Shown piece by piece: positions 16,699 through 20,491 of a stretch of DNA of 20,491 bases; positions within the stretch are counted from its first letter, which is position 1; each line of letters opens with the position of its first letter. The notes beneath the pieces were generated by a model that did not search any database, had not been told where the DNA came from, and saw nothing but the letters and a program-made list of their open reading frames with translations. The translations under genes and the position numbers were made by a program. Location of the stretch: NCBI GenBank assembly GCA_029564175.1, contig JAKQQL010000153.1, forward strand, positions 1-20,491, written 5' to 3'. The DNA is from Candidatus Cloacimonadota bacterium (lineage in GTDB: Bacteria > Cloacimonadota > Cloacimonadia > Cloacimonadales > WRIO01).

Positions 16699-18755
16699 TT
16701 TTCCTCATAATAAAGCTCATTTGCATCCAGAATTAAACCGACTCTGCCATCACCCATAATGGTTGCGCCGGAAACACCTTCCAGATTTTTAAACTTTTCT
16801 CCCAAACTCTTGACAACGACATTTTGAATACCGATCAAGTGATCAACTGCAATTGCAAATTCTTTGTTGCCTGTATGAAGGATGATTAAGAGGCTTTCTG
16901 AGAGGTCTTTTTCTGTCTCAGACAGTTTGAATTTTTTATTTAACCGGATAATAGGGATTAACTGGTCGTTGAGACGAAGCGTTTCACCTTTTTCAAAGAC
17001 TCTGTTTAACTGGCTTTTATCTGGTTTCAGAGAACGTTGAATATTGCCGATAGGGATAATATAGAGCTGATCTTCGACTTTTACGAGCATCCCTTCAATA
17101 ATGGCAAGGGTGAGAGGGAAGACGAGTCTGAAGGTACTGCCAACGCCTGTTTCTGTAATAATATCAACATGCCCGCCCAGGTTTTTAATTGCCTGTTGAA
17201 CGACATCCATGCCGACACCGCGTCCGGATACTTTGGTTACCTTTTCGACAGTTGAAAATCCAGGCTGGAAAATAAGCTTAAAGATTTGATCATCAGTGAG
17301 AGGATCATCTTTTTTAATCAACCCTTTTTCTAAAGCTTTTTCATATATCTTTTTCTTATTGAGTCCTTTTCCATCGTCGATGACATCAATGACCAGGGAA
17401 TTTCCTTTATGATAAGCGGCAAGCGTAACATTTCCTTCTTTGGGTTTACCCAGCATCTGACGCTCTTCTGCATCTTCAATACCATGATCGCAGGAATTTC
17501 TAATCATGTGAACCAGTGGATCATACAATGAATCTACAATATTTCTGTCAATTTCTGTCTCTTCTCCTTCCAGTACCAGATTGATATCTTTATGATTTTG
17601 GTTGGTATAATCTCTGACGACACGTTTCATTTTTTGCAAGGTATTGCCGATTGGAATCATTCTGAGAGCCATCGAGGCATTTTGCAGATCGCTGATTACT
17701 CTGCTCAGTTGTGATATTTTTTTAATAAATTCATGATCACTGATCTGTATAATATTTTTGTCTTCTCTGATCAGATTAAAGGAAATGACCAGTTCGCCGA
17801 CGGTATCGATCAGATAGTCCAGCTTATCCGTTTTGATTCTGATACTGTCATCTGTTTTTTTGCTGACAGGGCTATCCTGTGAAGTATCAATGGATAATTC
17901 AGGCTGTGATTCCGGATGAATTTCTGATCTTAATTCGGGTAGGGAGATTTTTTCAGGAATAATGTTTGTTTCTGGCTGGTTAACCAGATTTTTTAAAAGG
18001 ATAATGAGGTTTTCGATTTCGTTGTCGTTGATTCTTTCGGTGCGGTCCTCTTCGCTTAAATTATAAACGATTCGCTTGATATGATCAATCGCAATTAAAA
18101 TGACAGAAATCACATTCTTATTAATTCTTAGTTTACTGTTTCTGGCTAAATCGAGTATGTTTTCCGTTTCATGAGATATATGATTGAGTTTTTTAAGACC
18201 CATGAAACTGGATACCCCTTTGAGTGTGTGAAAAGGTCTAAAGATTTCATTGATAATTCTTAAGTTATTGGGGAATTTTTCTAGCTCAATGATATTGCTT
18301 TCCAAACTGTCAATGTATTCTCTGGATTCATTTAAAAAGTCACCAAAAAGCTCACTATCCACCTGTTCCAGCTGAAGTTCCTGAGACTCTTCAGGTTCAG
18401 ATTCATGAACAGTAGGCATATCATTGATTTTCTGAATAATCTCATGGTGATTCGAGCCAGAGATCGTTTTCTCAATGAGATTTTGTAATAACTCAAAATT
18501 GAGGTAAATCTGTTTTACAAAGGCATCGAGATCTTCAATTGGTTCAATTTCCCGTAAAATCAGTGATTCTATCGCATCTTTTAAAATCTTGATTATTTTA
18601 TTTAAGGCCTCATTATTCAAAGCACTGACTTCAACTGAAAGGATTTCAAAATGCTTGAGTATGCCTGTTAAATCCTGATTATCTTTTTCATCCAGGTCAA
18701 ACAAGTCCATCGAAATGGTGTTTACTAACACTTCCGTTTTCTCATCTATGTTCAT
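16695..18755 (-). CDS. cheA: Chemotaxis histidine kinase
   Basis: Hpt EIFRPFHTLKG, dimerisation KLDYLIDTVGELVI, HATPase HMIRNSCDHGIE/DDGKG/SGRGVGMDVV, and C-terminal CheW-like P5. Start at ATG 18755 (GGGG RBS-like) preferred; 18776 possible. Confidence 0.96.
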   Translation of the reverse strand: MNIDEKTEVLVNTISMDLFDLDEKDNQDLTGILKHFEILSVEVSALNNEALNKIIKILKDAIESLILREIEPIEDLDAFVKQIYLNFELLQNLIEKTISGSNHHEIIQKINDMPTVHESEPEESQELQLEQVDSELFGDFLNESREYIDSLESNIIELEKFPNNLRIINEIFRPFHTLKGVSSFMGLKKLNHISHETENILDLARNSKLRINKNVISVILIAIDHIKRIVYNLSEEDRTERINDNEIENLIILLKNLVNQPETNIIPEKISLPELRSEIHPESQPELSIDTSQDSPVSKKTDDSIRIKTDKLDYLIDTVGELVISFNLIREDKNIIQISDHEFIKKISQLSRVISDLQNASMALRMIPIGNTLQKMKRVVRDYTNQNHKDINLVLEGEETEIDRNIVDSLYDPLVHMIRNSCDHGIEDAEERQMLGKPKEGNVTLAAYHKGNSLVIDVIDDGKGLNKKKIYEKALEKGLIKKDDPLTDDQIFKLIFQPGFSTVEKVTKVSGRGVGMDVVQQAIKNLGGHVDIITETGVGSTFRLVFPLTLAIIEGMLVKVEDQLYIIPIGNIQRSLKPDKSQLNRVFEKGETLRLNDQLIPIIRLNKKFKLSETEKDLSESLLIILHTGNKEFAIAVDHLIGIQNVVVKSLGEKFKNLEGVSGATIMGDGRVGLILDANELYYEEK

Positions 18756-18817
18756 TTTGCCCCCAAACTGAGCCATTTTTCAAGTATCGCACTTTGCGAT
18801 TTTTTTTCTCATGAATA

Positions 18818-18846
18818 TTTATAACAGTTTTATGCTTATTTGTCAA
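18818..18846 (-). promoter_or_regulatory. Sigma70-type promoter of the che operon
   Basis: Minus strand TTGACA (18846-18841), 17-nt spacer ending TGT, TATAAA (18823-18818), i.e. an extended -10. Confidence 0.75.
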
Positions 18847-18876
18847 CAAAAAAATTGGAAATTTAAAAAAAATAGT

Positions 18877-18975
18877 GGAGATGTTGTAGAGCAAGCTACC
18901 AGCTTGCTAAATAAAGGGGAGATATTGTAGAGCAAGCTACCAGCTTGCTAAATAGGGGATAGAGCAAGCTACCAG
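18877..18975 (+). repeat. Tandem GTAG-headed REP-like hairpins
   Basis: GTAG-AGCAAGCT-ACC-AGCTTGCT at 18886 and 18927 (41-bp period), with a truncated third copy at 18960. Confidence 0.8.
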
Positions 18976-19067
18976 ATATCCCTACAAATCTTTTTACTAT
19001 CATCTTGCATGTAGATAGTAAAATAGCAACATCCCGTACTACAAGCATCTTACTTGTAGATAAAGTT

Positions 19068-19192
19068 TGTGCAAAAACAAGAGTTCCGGAGGAATGAAAG
19101 AATCCTAGCCCGTGGTGAAACCACGGGAAAATAGTGAGTTACGGTTCAAGCATCATAGATGCGACAGAATAAAACCTGCATTTTTTTGCACA
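19068..19192. repeat. ~125-bp structured repeat, copy 1 (MITE/REP-like)
   Basis: 19070-19170 matches 19522-19622 with 4 mismatches; internal hairpins GTTCCGGAGGAA(C/T), CCCGTGGTGAAACCACGGG and GCATC(G/A)TAGATGC; 10-bp terminal inverted repeat TGTGCAAAAA/TTTTTGCACA. Confidence 0.8.
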
Positions 19193-19520
19193 TACTCTTT
19201 ACCCCTGGTAAAACAAAATCTCCACTTCAACGGAGCTGAACAATATTATCAACCACTGAAATACGGAAAGATACGGAAAAATGATGATTTAACCACTGAT
19301 TTAACGGATGAACACGGATAATAAACAAAGAGAACAAGAGAGCGCAGAGGCAACCCAAAGAGAAAACTGAAATGCAGTTCTTAGGGATATGCGAAACGTA
19401 GAGACGTCCATTTATGGCGTCTCAGAACGTGCCGTACATCCGCAACCAAGGAAATAATGGATTAACACGGATAAAAGTTTCTGAGAAATGACTGAAAGGT
19501 AACCATGTGCGTAAGATCCT

Positions 19521-19642
19521 TTGCAAAAACAAGAGTTCCGGAGGAACGAAAGAATCCTAGCCCGTGGTGAAACCACGGAGAAATAGTGAGTTACGGTTCA
19601 AGCATCGTAGATGCGACAGAATGATTTATCTATTTTTGCGCA
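19521..19642. repeat. ~125-bp structured repeat, copy 2
   Basis: Direct copy of 19070-19170 at an offset of 452 bp; ends retain GCAAAAA/TTTTTGC. Confidence 0.8.
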
Positions 19643-19644
19643 GA

Positions 19645-19936
19645 CCCTCCACCGGAGGGGAATTGTGCGCTCCATTTTGTAAATCCATGCAGAATTCTCC
19701 AAAGTCGGGTCAATCTTTCCGTACTATAAGCATCTTGCTTGTAGATAAAGTGCACTCTTCTAAACAAAGTGGAATTTAACTCATTCATAATTATTAAATC
19801 ATTATTAAACTTACCACCCCGTCACTCCGTGCCACCCCTCCACCGGAGGGGAATTGTGCGCTCCATTTTGTAAATCCATGCAGAATTCTCCAAAGTCGGG
19901 TCAATCTTTCCGTACTACAAGCATCTTGCTTGTAGA
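19645..19936. repeat. 101-bp direct duplication (19645-19745 and 19836-19936)
   Basis: One mismatch. Each copy carries a CCCTCC-ACC-GGAGGG hairpin, a CRISPR-repeat core AAGTCGGGTCAAT, and a GTACTA(C/T)AAGCATCTTGCTTGTAG hairpin. Confidence 0.9.
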
Positions 19937-19952
19937 AAGTAGAAAAGTAACA

Positions 19953-20491
19953 TAATAAATCCCCTAAGTCGGGTCAATTCAATTCTGATAAAGATAAATG
20001 GCCTAATTGGGATAATATAGCTATAAATCAAGTCTCAATCCCCTAAGTCGGGTCAATTCAATTCTGATTAAAGGTCCTGTAAATGTCAAGTCTTTACAGC
20101 ACTGAGTCTCAATCCCCTAAGTCGGGTCAATTCAATTCTGATCTAATGAAGTTATCGAAGATATGAAAAAAGAATTAGGTCTCAATCCCCTAAGTCGGGT
20201 CAATTCAATTCTGATGACACTGGCTGGTATATCACACAGGAAAATAATGCGCGGGGTTTGTCTCAATCCCCTAAGTCGGGTCAATTCAATTCTGATGATT
20301 GAGTATCACTTCTTCTCCGACAAAGTCGGGGTTTGTCTCAATCCCCTAAGTCGGGTCAATTCAATTCTGATCATGATGGAAGATATTCTTTCACATTGGT
20401 AGTTAATAGTCTCAATCCCCTAAGTCGGGTCAATTCAATTCTGATGGAAACAAGATGAAAATTAATAAGGAACAACAAAAGTCTCAATCCC
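19953..20491 (-). CRISPR. CRISPR array, trailer end, 37-bp repeat, probably type III; continues beyond the window
   Basis: Plus-strand repeat GTCTCAATCCCCTAAGTCGGGTCAATTCAATTCTGAT at 20032, 20106, 20179, 20260, 20335, 20409 and 20481 (cut), plus a degenerate terminal copy at 19953-19989. Seven unique spacers of 42, 37, 36, 44, 38, 37 and 35 bp. The reverse complement ends ATTGAGAC (ATTGAAAC-like handle), supporting minus-strand orientation. Subtype is inference. Confidence 0.97.

Noticed and set aside
7247..17255. Antisense ORFs at 7247, 12805, 13869, 14502, 14832 and 17037
   Set aside because: Opposite-strand shadows of lplA and the che genes.
18786..18800. Palindrome ATCGCA-CTT-TGCGAT in the cheA leader
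   Set aside because: A single 6-bp-arm palindrome; could be an operator but no second copy or known motif supports it.
19112..19779. Two ORFs beginning MVKPR (19112 and 19564)
   Set aside because: Their similarity comes only from the duplicated hairpin element; they start inside a hairpin with no RBS and diverge at the repeat boundary.
19693..19905. tracrRNA anti-repeat
   Set aside because: The repeat-like cores are only 13 bp, in the same orientation and one in array register; no cas9/cas12 in view and the repeat looks class 1.
20163..20402. 79-aa ORF with repeated LNPLSRVNSIL
   Set aside because: Translation through CRISPR repeats.

Overview
AT-rich bacterial window; the PVTLSAF plus FlgD-Ig/T9SS-type C-terminus of the M6 protease suggests an FCB-group host, possibly Cloacimonadota (inference only). 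From left to right it contains: (1) decayed fragments of a serine resolvase and an AAA-ATPase-like gene; (2) a minus-strand operon encoding Soj-type ParA, a 495-aa winged-helix protein with internal degenerate 18-bp repeats, a ParF-type ParA, an RHH partner and a half-size TauE/SafE, which resembles the replication/partition region of a plasmid or secondary replicon; (3) a divergent HU gene, then PPC/DUF296, a dodecin-zinc-ribbon fusion, lipoate-protein ligase, and an M6 metalloprotease broken by one in-frame TAG; (4) a convergent hypothetical membrane protein; (5) a self-promoted chemosensory operon (cheA-cheR-cheD-like-cheD-HDOD-cheY-cheX-like-cheB-FliG_C) with no chemoreceptor or cheW; (6) a ~1.1-kb non-coding mosaic of REP-like and other small repeats; and (7) the trailer end of a CRISPR array with a 37-bp repeat, probably type III and transcribed on the minus strand, running off the window. 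No cas genes are in the window.
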